Assembly (NCBI GenBank): GCA_049472355.1
Contig: JBLIRP010000058.1
Span: 1 to 25,755, forward strand
DNA: 25,755 nt
Origin: a bacterium
Lineage (GTDB): Bacteria > SZUA-182 > DTGQ01 > JAFGSM01
Reading direction: 5' to 3'
In this document: in pieces, positions 1-8,403 of the stretch
Position numbering within the stretch: the stretch's first letter is position 1
How the letters are laid out: each line of letters opens with the position of its first letter
Position numbers and translations under genes: made by a program
Notes under the pieces: model-generated
Told to the model about the DNA's origin: nothing
What the model saw: only the letters and a program-made list of their open reading frames with translations
Databases searched by the model: none

Positions 1-274
1 GATAATCTATTATTGAAACTATTGTTTTGAGAGAATTTACTTCCTGTTATTGTGGTAAAAATGATTCTCGGGTGATAACTATCTGTTTTTTATAGTATCG
101 TTATTTGACAGGATGGTATTATTATTTGACATTTTAAAGGATCATCGAGATAGAAGATTGAACGAAGACTCATTTATCTGCAAAAAGAACCACATGAAAA
201 ACAGAGGATATCCATCGTAAACATTCTATGTCTGCAGCATAGCCGAGGGTTTAGCTTTGGAATTATGACCTTGA

Positions 275-592
275 CGTGGCACTGGAATCTCATACACAAC
301 ATTTGACAATAGCTCTAATTACAATGAAATTTGCTTAGGCATACCGGAAGAACTCCTGAATAATCAAGCCAAACTTATTACTACAAACTATGTTGTTGTC
401 GAAACCATTTACTCTTTAAGCAGGGTAAATTTCAGAAAAACAGTCATTGAATTTATTGATAAACTTGAAAAATCACCAAATGTTCAGATAATAAGGATAA
501 CCGATGAGACGCATCAGTCGTGCACCATCACCCCACTGCCATCCCCTCTATACCATATACCCGGTACCCGATCCCAGTGCATCAGGGCATAG
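275..592 (+). pseudogene. Truncated PIN-domain (VapC-like) nuclease remnant
   Basis: Open frame between TGA 272-274 and TAG 590-592 with no ATG. 302-520 reads FDNSSNYNEICLGIPEELLNNQAKLITTNYVVVETIYSLSRVNFRKTVIEFIDKLEKSPNVQIIRITDE, resembling the middle of VapC PIN proteins (TTNYVxxET). The N-terminal 'DT' Asp and the C-terminal acidic residues are missing. AT-rich. Confidence 0.65.
524..579. repeat. Degenerate 7-nt tandem repeat
   Basis: accatca/ccccact/gccatcc/cctctat/accatat/acccggt/acccgat/cccagtg; begins where PIN similarity ends. Confidence 0.4.
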
Positions 593-941
593 CCCAATTC
601 TCATTCAAACCGGACGATTCTATAATCCCAGGAACCACATCATCCCCGCCAAGAGGCATTATATGTACACCTTGGCACATTGGCTTGATTTTCTTGATAA
701 TGCGTGACGAGATTTCCACGGCCTTTCTTTTGCGATCCTCCCTTTTTGTCTCAGCCATTTCATTGATCATATCTTCGGGCACTGAGACCCCCGCCACATT
801 TTCGTTTATCGCATCCTCCAGATCCTCCAATTCCTGAAGCATGGCTACAGGAACCGAATGAGCCGGCATCCTGGCCTTTAACTCCGCCAATTCCCTTTCC
901 AGTCTCAGTATGTCTTCCTTAATGCCTTCCTTATTTTCCAC
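582..941 (-). pseudogene. Chimeric ORF: small coiled-coil 'PAHS' protein fused to a methylenetetrahydrofolate reductase (MetF) C-terminal fragment
   Basis: GTG start after a purine-rich RBS. Residues 1-45 (LERELAELKARMPAHSVPVAMLQELEDLE) resemble a small hypothetical family. From about 806 on, NENVAGVSVPEDMINEM...AVEISSRIIKKIKPMCQGVHIMPLG resembles the last ~70 aa of anaerobe-type MetF. Confidence 0.6.
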
Positions 942-1143
942 GCCTTAATTCCCTTCCTTCCCGCAAACCATTTCACCCCATAATGGGCATTGCATGAAAG
1001 ATGGTAGCCACGTTCCCGTTCACATGTATCGGCCTCCATGCAATGAAGATGGAAATGTTGTTCCATTCCTTGTATGAAACCTCCTGGATAAACACAGGAA
1101 TATCACGCTAAATACGGATCCCATGACGGAATCAACAGAGCCC

Positions 1144-2502
1144 CTACCCTTCCGTGCCGGACTCCTCGCCCGCAATGATCATCGATGAGACCAGCATGGT
1201 AGGGGCGCCGAAGGGACCGTAAAAGCGGAGGTTATCCGCGCACTTGGAGATGCTGGTAAGCATATCCAGCATGTTTCCGGAGATGGTGACCCCCCGCACC
1301 GGATAGGCACGTTGTCCCCCCTTGATCCAGTAGCCGGTTGCTCCGAGGGAGTAATCCCCGGAGATCGGATTGATGGTGTGGGCGCCCATGACATCCGTCA
1401 CATAGAACCCCTCCTGGATGCCGGCGAGAAGCTCTTCCTCGGTGCAGGTCCCCTTTTCGATGTAGAAATTGGTGGCACCCACCTGCGGCGGGGACTTCGG
1501 TCCGGGCCTGACCCCGTTTCCGGTCGATTTAACCCCGTCCTTGTGCGCGGTATAGCTGTCGTAGAGGTAGGTGGCAAGCCTCCCCTTGTCCACAATGATG
1601 GTCTTCTGCGTGGGCACTCCCTCCCCGTCATAGGGGGCGGTGGCAAGCCCCCCGTCAAGCAGCCCGTTGTCCACCAGGCTCACCGCAGAAGAGGCCACGG
1701 TCTGTCCCAGGCGGCCCGCCATGAGTGAGCGGCCCTTCTGAACCGCATCGGCGAAAAAGGCAGGGGAAAAGGCGCCCACGATGCTGATCCCCACCGGGGG
1801 TGAAAATATCACCGGCGCCCTTCGGGTGCCTATTGAGCGGGCGCCGAGCAGGGAGAGGGCCTTGTGCGCGGCACCCTCCCCCACCTCATCCCATTTCAGG
1901 CGGTCATAGGAGGTCTGTATATCCATCTCCCATGCCATCTGGGCATCCGAGCCCTCCTGGGCCACCACCATGGCAAAGGTGGAGCAGGCGGTCTTGCCGT
2001 AGGACACCTCCATGCCGTGGGAGTTGACAAGGTAGACATCGGTGAGGGTCTCGGAATAGGAAAACTGCCGCGCCACCTTTATCCGCGGATCGACCCGGTA
2101 GGCAGCCCGCTCCATCTCCTGGCATCGCGTGAACTTCTCGGTGAGAGGAACGGAGGACAACCGCTCGTCCATGGTCACCGGGGTGGTAGCCTTGCCGGAG
2201 GAAGGAAGGTGATAGTGCGGGTCCTCATCGGTGCTTGCCGCCGAGTTCATGACCTGGTCGACCAGCATGTCCAGGGAGGCGGGGGAAAAATCGGTGCTAT
2301 ACGCAAACCCGAGGGAATGGCCCCTGAGTATGCGCACCGCCAGAAGCCGGTCCTGGGAATTCTTGATGACGTCTATGGCGCCATGCTCCACCTCGAGATG
2401 GGTGTTCCTGGCTTCCATGAGGCATATCTCCCCTGCCGTCGCCCTTCCCTTCAGGCAGCGGTCCAGGACCTCCCTGGCCTTGTTCGTCAATGAACGATCC
2501 AT
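1144..2502 (-). CDS. pmbA: TldD/PmbA family protein, PmbA (TldE) type
   Basis: 452 aa; PYDGEGVPT, HTINPISGDYSLGATG and VTISGN motifs; lacks the TldD HExxxH metal motif. Confidence 0.9.
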   Translation of the reverse strand: MDRSLTNKAREVLDRCLKGRATAGEICLMEARNTHLEVEHGAIDVIKNSQDRLLAVRILRGHSLGFAYSTDFSPASLDMLVDQVMNSAASTDEDPHYHLPSSGKATTPVTMDERLSSVPLTEKFTRCQEMERAAYRVDPRIKVARQFSYSETLTDVYLVNSHGMEVSYGKTACSTFAMVVAQEGSDAQMAWEMDIQTSYDRLKWDEVGEGAAHKALSLLGARSIGTRRAPVIFSPPVGISIVGAFSPAFFADAVQKGRSLMAGRLGQTVASSAVSLVDNGLLDGGLATAPYDGEGVPTQKTIIVDKGRLATYLYDSYTAHKDGVKSTGNGVRPGPKSPPQVGATNFYIEKGTCTEEELLAGIQEGFYVTDVMGAHTINPISGDYSLGATGYWIKGGQRAYPVRGVTISGNMLDMLTSISKCADNLRFYGPFGAPTMLVSSMIIAGEESGTEG

Positions 2503-2514
2503 GCTCCCTCCTGC

Positions 2515-3375
2515 TTACCCGAGGATCACCTCGAGCGGTTCACCCTTTGCAATGCCGCCCTGCCTGGCCAGGGAATCCTGATTGGAAAAAAGCTCGATAT
2601 AGCCGTGGCTTCCCACGATGGCGCCGGTTTTTCCCTTCCCCGCATCCTCGTAAGCCTTGCACAGGCGATCGATGACAATGTCCTTGATGGTCACGCTGAA
2701 TCCCGCTTCCCTCTGTCCCAGACGATCTTCAACCAGCGAAAACGGGATGTTCGTCACCAGGTTTCCGAATATATCGATGTGAATCACGCGGCCTTGAATC
2801 CGGGTGCCGCCCCCGGAGACCTTTGGTCGTGGAATGTCGCAGCGCACATAATCATCGATCACGGGTCCCATGCGCTGCGGATCGACCCCGCGCGAGAGCC
2901 AGGCTGCAGCCGGGGCGAATATATCCCTCCCGTGAAAGGTCCGGCTGATCCGCGGGAGGAAATAGGCGTGCTCCTTCAGATGGATGACCCGCTCGATCGA
3001 TTCCCGCTCGTAGATATACGAGAGCACGCCGTTGTCCGGGGCCACGAACGAATATCGTGTGGTCACCGCGACAATGGGCCTCCTCTCGCCCCCCACCCCC
3101 GGATCGACAACGATGCAGTGTATGGTGCGGGCAGGAAAATAGGAATAGGCGCAGCTTACCATAAAGGCCGCATCCAGGAGGTCGAAGGGGGAAATCTCAT
3201 GGGCTATGTCGATGATCTGAACCTGCGGGTTGATCCCCAGTATCACCCCCTTCATGCTCCCCACGAAGGGGCCGCTGGCGCCGAAATCCGTGGTCAGCGT
3301 GATGATGCGCTGTGTGTGCGAGCCATCCCTTTCACCAGGCGTGCGATCCAATGTCCCTCCCTCAAGGCACTCCAT
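2515..3375 (-). CDS. SAM hydroxide adenosyltransferase (DUF62, fluorinase/chlorinase superfamily)
   Basis: ITLTTDFG, VVDPGVGGER, VAPDNG, TFHGRDIFAP and DIFGN motifs. Start uncertain (alternative TTG at 3351). Confidence 0.92.
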   Translation of the reverse strand: MECLEGGTLDRTPGERDGSHTQRIITLTTDFGASGPFVGSMKGVILGINPQVQIIDIAHEISPFDLLDAAFMVSCAYSYFPARTIHCIVVDPGVGGERRPIVAVTTRYSFVAPDNGVLSYIYERESIERVIHLKEHAYFLPRISRTFHGRDIFAPAAAWLSRGVDPQRMGPVIDDYVRCDIPRPKVSGGGTRIQGRVIHIDIFGNLVTNIPFSLVEDRLGQREAGFSVTIKDIVIDRLCKAYEDAGKGKTGAIVGSHGYIELFSNQDSLARQGGIAKGEPLEVILG

Positions 3376-3411
3376 ACGCCGTTTCGGGTTGCACGCCGCT
3401 CTCCCCTCGCC

Positions 3412-4287
3412 TCAAAACCGCAGCCCGGTGTAGGAGCCGAACGAGGGTTGCAGGAACGTGCCGTACGATGGCTGCATGAACGTGCCGAATGAAGACCACG
3501 GCATACTGAACGAGGGCTGCATGAACGATTGGTTCCATCCGCCGGATGAGGGTTGCGAATAGGTGAACGGCTGGCCCCCCCAGCCGGTGCCGAGGCCCGT
3601 TCCCGCGCCATAGGGAAATGTGAAGGACGGTGTGAACGACTGGAGCGGGGAGGTTTGGGGTAAGAAGGAGAGACCGGTCCCTGCAGAGGGATAACTGATG
3701 GACGCGGAGCCGGAGTGTGCCTTCCGGGTGACGTAGTTGGGTTCGGTGTACTCCACGTACCCGCCGATCCCGGAAAATGCCCGGCGCACCTCCTCCACAT
3801 CCTGACCATCGGGGAACTTGAGGACATGGAATGCCCCCGAGGATGATGCGCTGATCTCATAGATCCCGAATTGCTCGATAAGCTCGTTGATCTCCGCTAT
3901 GTTGGTATGGGGACCTCCTGTGTGATGCTCGATGCTGACCCCGCCGCTGAACCCCACGATCAGTTCCCCCTCCTTCATCGTCTTGGTCTGGGCGGAGCCG
4001 CCGTAGGATATTGAGGGGAATGTCCTGATATCCGAATAGGGGGTCATGCCGAATCCCGACCATGATTGCCCCAACGGGGACGTTGACCACGGTTGACCCA
4101 ACGGGGACGACGGCCATGATTGTCCCCATTGAGAGGGTATGGTGGTGAAGGCGGGCTGACTCCACAATCCCGGACTCATACCGAAGAGCCCGTAATACTG
4201 GGCAAAGCACCTGCCTCCCAGCCAAAGGCATAAAAATACGAGCACCATGACCGCACACCCTTGTACGCGCCAACCAATACGTGCCAT
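3412..4287 (-). CDS. Secreted low-complexity protein with a stand-alone S8-subtilase propeptide-like domain
   Basis: ATG at 4287 overlaps the upstream stop (TGATG). Sec-type signal MARIGWR...LWLGGRCFA|Q. Central domain GELIVGF...FHVLKFP...VEYTEPNY (about 3715-3978). S/P/G/Q/aromatic-rich flanks and no catalytic domain. Confidence 0.75.
   Translation of the reverse strand: MARIGWRVQGCAVMVLVFLCLWLGGRCFAQYYGLFGMSPGLWSQPAFTTIPSQWGQSWPSSPLGQPWSTSPLGQSWSGFGMTPYSDIRTFPSISYGGSAQTKTMKEGELIVGFSGGVSIEHHTGGPHTNIAEINELIEQFGIYEISASSSGAFHVLKFPDGQDVEEVRRAFSGIGGYVEYTEPNYVTRKAHSGSASISYPSAGTGLSFLPQTSPLQSFTPSFTFPYGAGTGLGTGWGGQPFTYSQPSSGGWNQSFMQPSFSMPWSSFGTFMQPSYGTFLQPSFGSYTGLRF
3437..3529 (-). repeat. 24-nt coding repeats, (T/S)F(M/L)QPS(F/Y)(G/S)
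   Basis: Units at 3437-3460, 3461-3484 and 3506-3529, with a degenerate 21-nt unit in between. Confidence 0.85.
4060..4128 (-). repeat. 27-nt coding repeats, GQ(S/P)WxxSPL
   Basis: Period-27 units starting at 4060, 4087 and 4114. Confidence 0.85.
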
Positions 4288-5198
4288 CACGCCCCCCCCC
4301 TTTTCTTCGACACCATGTTGTTCAAGGCCTTGAGCCACTCACTGCCCACCACCTCGCCGTAGATCTCCGGCCTTCGCTCCTTGAAAAAATTCCAGGTCCG
4401 GCGGGTGTCCTCTATCCTGGACAGGTCCACAGAGGCAAGGACCACGGCGTCGGTGAGGCCGCTGGGGCCTGCGATGAACTCCCCTTCGGGATCAACGCAA
4501 AAACTCTGTCCATAGAAATCAAGGCCGTTTTCCTTTCCCACCCGGTTCACCCGGAAACAGAAAACCCCGTTATTCACGGCATTCGCTGCGATCACCTTCT
4601 CCCATTTGCCCTGGGAGGCAAAGGCGCATGCGGTGGGGCAGAAGATGACCTGGGCCCCTTTCAGGGCAAGGATCCGGCACCCCTCGGGATAAAAATTGTC
4701 CCAGCACATCTGCACCCCTATGACCGCCCACCTGGTGGAGAAAACGGGGAATCCCAGATCCCCCCTGCCGCAGTAGTAGCCCTCCTCCCAACAGGGCACG
4801 TTGGGGATGTGGTTCTTGCGATATTTCCCCGCAACCTTTCCATCCGCATCGATGACCACCGTGGTGCTGAAGTAGAGCCCGTCCATAGCCTTCTCGAAGA
4901 CGGGGGATACCAGCACCACCTTCTTTTCCCGCGCCTTCTTTCGCAGATCGCTCACCACGGGCCCCGACATCGCCTCGGCGAATCTGAAACTCGCCTCGTC
5001 CGCCCCGGCGGGAAACCAGGGGGTATGAAAGAACTCCTGCAGGCAGATGATCCGCGCACCCTGTTCCACTGCCATGTCGATGAGCCCGAGGGCCTTCTGC
5101 ACATTTTTTGCGGTATCCTGGTGACACACCATCTGAATGCCGGCTATCTTGACGGAGTGATCCTCGGTGGTATTCCCTTCCTTATGTTCTTCATCCAT
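4287..5198 (-). CDS. Carbon-nitrogen hydrolase (nitrilase superfamily; N-carbamoylputrescine amidase/ureidopropionase-like)
   Basis: Catalytic Glu-Lys-Cys triad in CLQEFF, YRKNHIP and QMCWD; VNRVG..FYGQS. Confidence 0.9.
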   Translation of the reverse strand: MDEEHKEGNTTEDHSVKIAGIQMVCHQDTAKNVQKALGLIDMAVEQGARIICLQEFFHTPWFPAGADEASFRFAEAMSGPVVSDLRKKAREKKVVLVSPVFEKAMDGLYFSTTVVIDADGKVAGKYRKNHIPNVPCWEEGYYCGRGDLGFPVFSTRWAVIGVQMCWDNFYPEGCRILALKGAQVIFCPTACAFASQGKWEKVIAANAVNNGVFCFRVNRVGKENGLDFYGQSFCVDPEGEFIAGPSGLTDAVVLASVDLSRIEDTRRTWNFFKERRPEIYGEVVGSEWLKALNNMVSKKRGGA

Positions 5199-5210
5199 GT
5201 CCTCTGCTCC

Positions 5211-7931
5211 CTATCGTCCACAGCACTTCTTGTATTTCATCCCGCTCCCGCACGGGCAGGGCTCGTTGCGTCCGACCTTTTTTTCCTTTCGTTTCTGCTG
5301 GGGCGGGGCAAAGCTCCCCGCCTTCTTTGCCGCCTCCAGTTGCTGGGCCACCTTCAACCGTCGCTGCCGCTCCTTCTCCTCCTCATCCCTGACCGACTGG
5401 ATCATGAACAGATGGGTAACGGTCTGCTGCTTGATCATCCAGATCATCTCCTGGAACATGTCGAACCCTTCCCGCTTATACTCTATCAAGGGGTCCTTCT
5501 GACCGTACCCGCGCATGCCGATCCCCTCCTTGAGGTGGTCCATGGCATACAGGTGGTCCTTCCACAGGGTGTCGATGGTGGAGAGCATGATCATCTTTTC
5601 GAGGTGACGCATGGTGGCGCTGCCGATATTCTTCTCCCTGCCCTCGTATTGCTGGATGATGGCGTTGTGCACGTCCTCCTTGAACTGCGCCTGGGTGACG
5701 TCCCTGAGCCTCTCCGGATCAGGCTCCCAGAGAAACCCGAACCTCCTGAGGAGTTCACCCTTGAGGCCCTTGAGGTCCCAATCCTCCGCATAGGACCGGG
5801 GGCTGGTATGCTCGTCCACGCAATCCTCGATCATCTCCTCGATCATATCGTACAACACGCCCTTGACCGATGCGCTCTCCAGGACCATGCGTCGTTGCTC
5901 GTAGATCACCTCCCGCTGCTTGTTCATCACGTCATCGTATTCAAGGAGGTGCTTTCGAGCCTCGAAGTGGATCCCCTCCACCCGGGCCTGGGCCCGCTCG
6001 ATGGCCTTGGTGACCATCCGGTGCTCGATGGGCTGGCCGTCGTCCATGCCCAGGCCGGACATGATCCTGGATATCATCTCGGAGCCGAATATGCGCAGAA
6101 GATCGTCCTGCAGGGAGAGATAGAAGCGGGATGACCCCGGGTCTCCCTGTCGGCCGGAACGCCCGCGAAGCTGGTTGTCGATGCGCCTGCTCTCGTGCCG
6201 TTCCGTGCCGATGACATGGAGTCCCCCCAGATCGGCGATCCCCTCACCCAGGACGATGTCCGTGCCTCGCCCCGCCATGTTGGTGGATATGGTGACCGCA
6301 CCCCTCTGGCCCGCCTGGGCGATGATCTCCGCCTCCTTCTCGTGGTACTTCGCGTTCAACACGTGGTGGGGAATTCCCCTCTTGGAGAGCAACTCGTGGA
6401 GCCGCTCCGATTTCTCGATGGCAATGGTGCCCACCAGCACCGGACGTCCGACCCGGTTGCACTCCTCTATCTCATCCGCCGCCGATTTGAACTTCTCATC
6501 CTCGGTGCGGTAGATCACATCCGGGTAATTGTCCCGTATGAGGGGCCGATTGGTGGGGATTACCACCACGTCGAGGTTGTAAATCTTGCGGAACTCCATG
6601 GCCTCGGTGTCGGCGGTGCCGGTCATTCCGGCAAGCTTCTTATAGAGCCGGAAGTAGTTCTGGAAGGTGATGGACGCAAGGGTCTGGTTCTCGCGGGCGA
6701 TCTTCACCCGCTCCTTCGCCTCCAGGGCCTGATGGAGACCATCGCTGTAACGCCTTCCCGGCATGAGGCGGCCGGTGAATTCATCCACGATGATCACCTC
6801 TCCCTCCTTCACCACGTAGTCCACGTCACGCTTGAATATGCGATGCGCCTTGAGCGACTGCTCCACCTTGTGGATCAGGGAGAGGTGCTTGGCCGACTCC
6901 ATGCCGTCCGCGCCTTCCTCGGACTCGTACAGGTCCTTTATACCGAGCTGGCGCTCCACCTTCATCCTTCCCTGTTCCGTGAGGAACACCGCCTTCTTCT
7001 CCTCGTCCACCTGATAGTCCCCATCCTCCTCCTTGTCCTCCTCGCCTCGCAGGGGCCGCCCCTCGCTGAGCCTGGGGATGATCCGGTCGACCCGGTAGTA
7101 ATCGTCCGTCTCCGCCTGTTCCGCAGGACCGGAGATGATGAGAGGGGTCCTCGCCTCGTCGATGAGGATGCTGTCCACCTCGTCGACGATGGCGTAGTAG
7201 TGCTCACGCTGCACGTAATCCGCAAGGTCGAATTTCATGTTGTCGCGCAGGTAATCGAACCCGAACTCGTTGTTGGTCCCGTACGTCACGTCCGATTGAT
7301 ACGCCCTTGTCCGCTCCTCGTCATCAATGTCGTGCTGGATGATCCCCACGGAAAGCCCGAGGAACCTGTACACCTTGCCCATCCATTCGCTGTCCCTCTT
7401 GGCCAGGTAGTCGTTCACCGTGACCACGTGCACCCCTTTGCCGGTTATGGCATTCAGATATACGGGGAGGGTCGCCACCAGGGTCTTTCCTTCACCGGTT
7501 GCCATCTCGGCGATCTTTCCTTCATGGAGCACCACCCCTCCCATGAGCTGGACATCGAAATGGCGCATCTTGAGGGTGCGTTTCGCCGCCTCCCTAACCA
7601 CGGCAAAGGCCTCGGGGAGGAGATCCTCCAGCACGGCCTTCTCCTCATCGAGGATCTTCTTCTCGATCCGCTCAAACTCGAGCTTTTCATCGAGATCGAG
7701 CTTGTTAAGCCCCCTGAAATGCTCCTCGGTGATCCCCTCGCCCGCCTTGAACAGGTCCATGTGCTTGCGGTAGTATTCCCTGAACCGCTCCGTCTTCGCC
7801 TGAAGGTCTTCGTCACTGAGCTTTTGAATCTCCGGCTCCAGTTCATTGATGCGGTCCACGTATTCCTGGAGCCGTTTCAATTCGCGCTCGTTCTTGCTCC
7901 CGATAATCTTGGTAAGTAATGTCTGTATCAT
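5211..7931 (-). CDS. secA: Preprotein translocase ATPase SecA
   Basis: [57 protein letters not shown] and the C-terminal SEC-C motif [14 protein letters not shown]. Start placed at ATG 7931 (RBS AAGGGA). Confidence 0.99.
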   Translation of the reverse strand: MIQTLLTKIIGSKNERELKRLQEYVDRINELEPEIQKLSDEDLQAKTERFREYYRKHMDLFKAGEGITEEHFRGLNKLDLDEKLEFERIEKKILDEEKAVLEDLLPEAFAVVREAAKRTLKMRHFDVQLMGGVVLHEGKIAEMATGEGKTLVATLPVYLNAITGKGVHVVTVNDYLAKRDSEWMGKVYRFLGLSVGIIQHDIDDEERTRAYQSDVTYGTNNEFGFDYLRDNMKFDLADYVQREHYYAIVDEVDSILIDEARTPLIISGPAEQAETDDYYRVDRIIPRLSEGRPLRGEEDKEEDGDYQVDEEKKAVFLTEQGRMKVERQLGIKDLYESEEGADGMESAKHLSLIHKVEQSLKAHRIFKRDVDYVVKEGEVIIVDEFTGRLMPGRRYSDGLHQALEAKERVKIARENQTLASITFQNYFRLYKKLAGMTGTADTEAMEFRKIYNLDVVVIPTNRPLIRDNYPDVIYRTEDEKFKSAADEIEECNRVGRPVLVGTIAIEKSERLHELLSKRGIPHHVLNAKYHEKEAEIIAQAGQRGAVTISTNMAGRGTDIVLGEGIADLGGLHVIGTERHESRRIDNQLRGRSGRQGDPGSSRFYLSLQDDLLRIFGSEMISRIMSGLGMDDGQPIEHRMVTKAIERAQARVEGIHFEARKHLLEYDDVMNKQREVIYEQRRMVLESASVKGVLYDMIEEMIEDCVDEHTSPRSYAEDWDLKGLKGELLRRFGFLWEPDPERLRDVTQAQFKEDVHNAIIQQYEGREKNIGSATMRHLEKMIMLSTIDTLWKDHLYAMDHLKEGIGMRGYGQKDPLIEYKREGFDMFQEMIWMIKQQTVTHLFMIQSVRDEEEKERQRRLKVAQQLEAAKKAGSFAPPQQKRKEKKVGRNEPCPCGSGMKYKKCCGR

Positions 7932-8103
7932 GGTTCCCTTTTCTTGATGTGTGCTGCGCGGGATCCCCATGATCCCACGGATGAGGGTTTTCTCTCATGT
8001 CCCGGGCATCGGCTGGTTCCGGCACCCGCCAAACGGTATCAACCGACATCACCATCCCATCCGCCGGTGCGGCGTCATTGCCACCCAAAACCCTTCGGGG
8101 ATT

Positions 8104-8132
8104 ATTGTATGCCTGTTGGGAGAAATAATCAA
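8104..8132 (-). promoter_or_regulatory. Putative sigma70 promoter for secA
   Basis: TTGATT-17 nt-TACAAT on the minus strand. Confidence 0.5.
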
Positions 8133-8210
8133 TTGTTACCTATGGTTAATTTGAATTATGCTTGAGGTGGAGAATACACTGGTGAAACATTCATGAGCCG
8201 GATGAAACTG

Positions 8211-8245
8211 CGAATGTCGAATGCAGAATGTAGAATGTAGAAGTG
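8211..8245. repeat. Heptamer tandem repeat (C/A)GAATG(T/C), 5 copies
   Basis: cgaatgt cgaatgc agaatgt agaatgt agaagtg. Confidence 0.8.
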
Positions 8246-8403
8246 AAACGCAGATGAGACTTCGGCTCACAAAGAGGCATGAAAATACCCAAAGGGGATT
8301 TTCAAGTGAAAAAGGAAAAGGGGGATGCGTCAACCAAACTTGGTCAGGTGGAGCAAAGCGGAACACTAATAGGGGGATACGCGGTGTCAGGGAAGACAGC
8401 GCA

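Noticed and set aside
930..1125. Short minus-strand frames between pmbA and the chimera, including a TGA that might be selenocysteine (..PIMG*NGLREG) and a His/Cys-rich frame (MEQHFHLHC..WFAGRK)
   Set aside because: No family was recognised and no convincing SECIS hairpin was seen. It may be another gene remnant, but this cannot be supported without a search.
2515..3375. Possible fluorinase/chlorinase (halogenase)
   Set aside because: It retains the Asp-Arg-His residues (DPGVGGER, TFHGRD) typical of DUF62 SAM hydrolases, and there is no secondary-metabolite context.
3437..4128. Short repeats as a possible CRISPR array
   Set aside because: They are in-frame coding repeats without unique spacers, and no cas genes are present.
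4285..4304. G9 tract where a -1 slip would fuse the nitrilase to the secreted protein
   Set aside because: The fusion would bury a signal peptide behind a cytoplasmic enzyme. TGATG coupling and a G-rich RBS explain the junction.
4281..7919. Long plus-strand ORFs (617 aa and 574 aa; similarly 9771-11048, 16931-18016 and 23956-24774)
   Set aside because: Antisense shadows of well-supported GC-rich genes, with no recognisable motifs.
7843..8088. 81 aa ORF upstream of and overlapping secA, ending ...APGIRGPHQ, reminiscent of the SecM arrest motif GIRAGP
   Set aside because: The motif is an alternate-frame reading of SecA codons (QEYVDRINE) about 70-90 nt inside secA. The ORF has no signal or TM segment and no clear RBS, so the geometry does not fit a SecM-type monitor.
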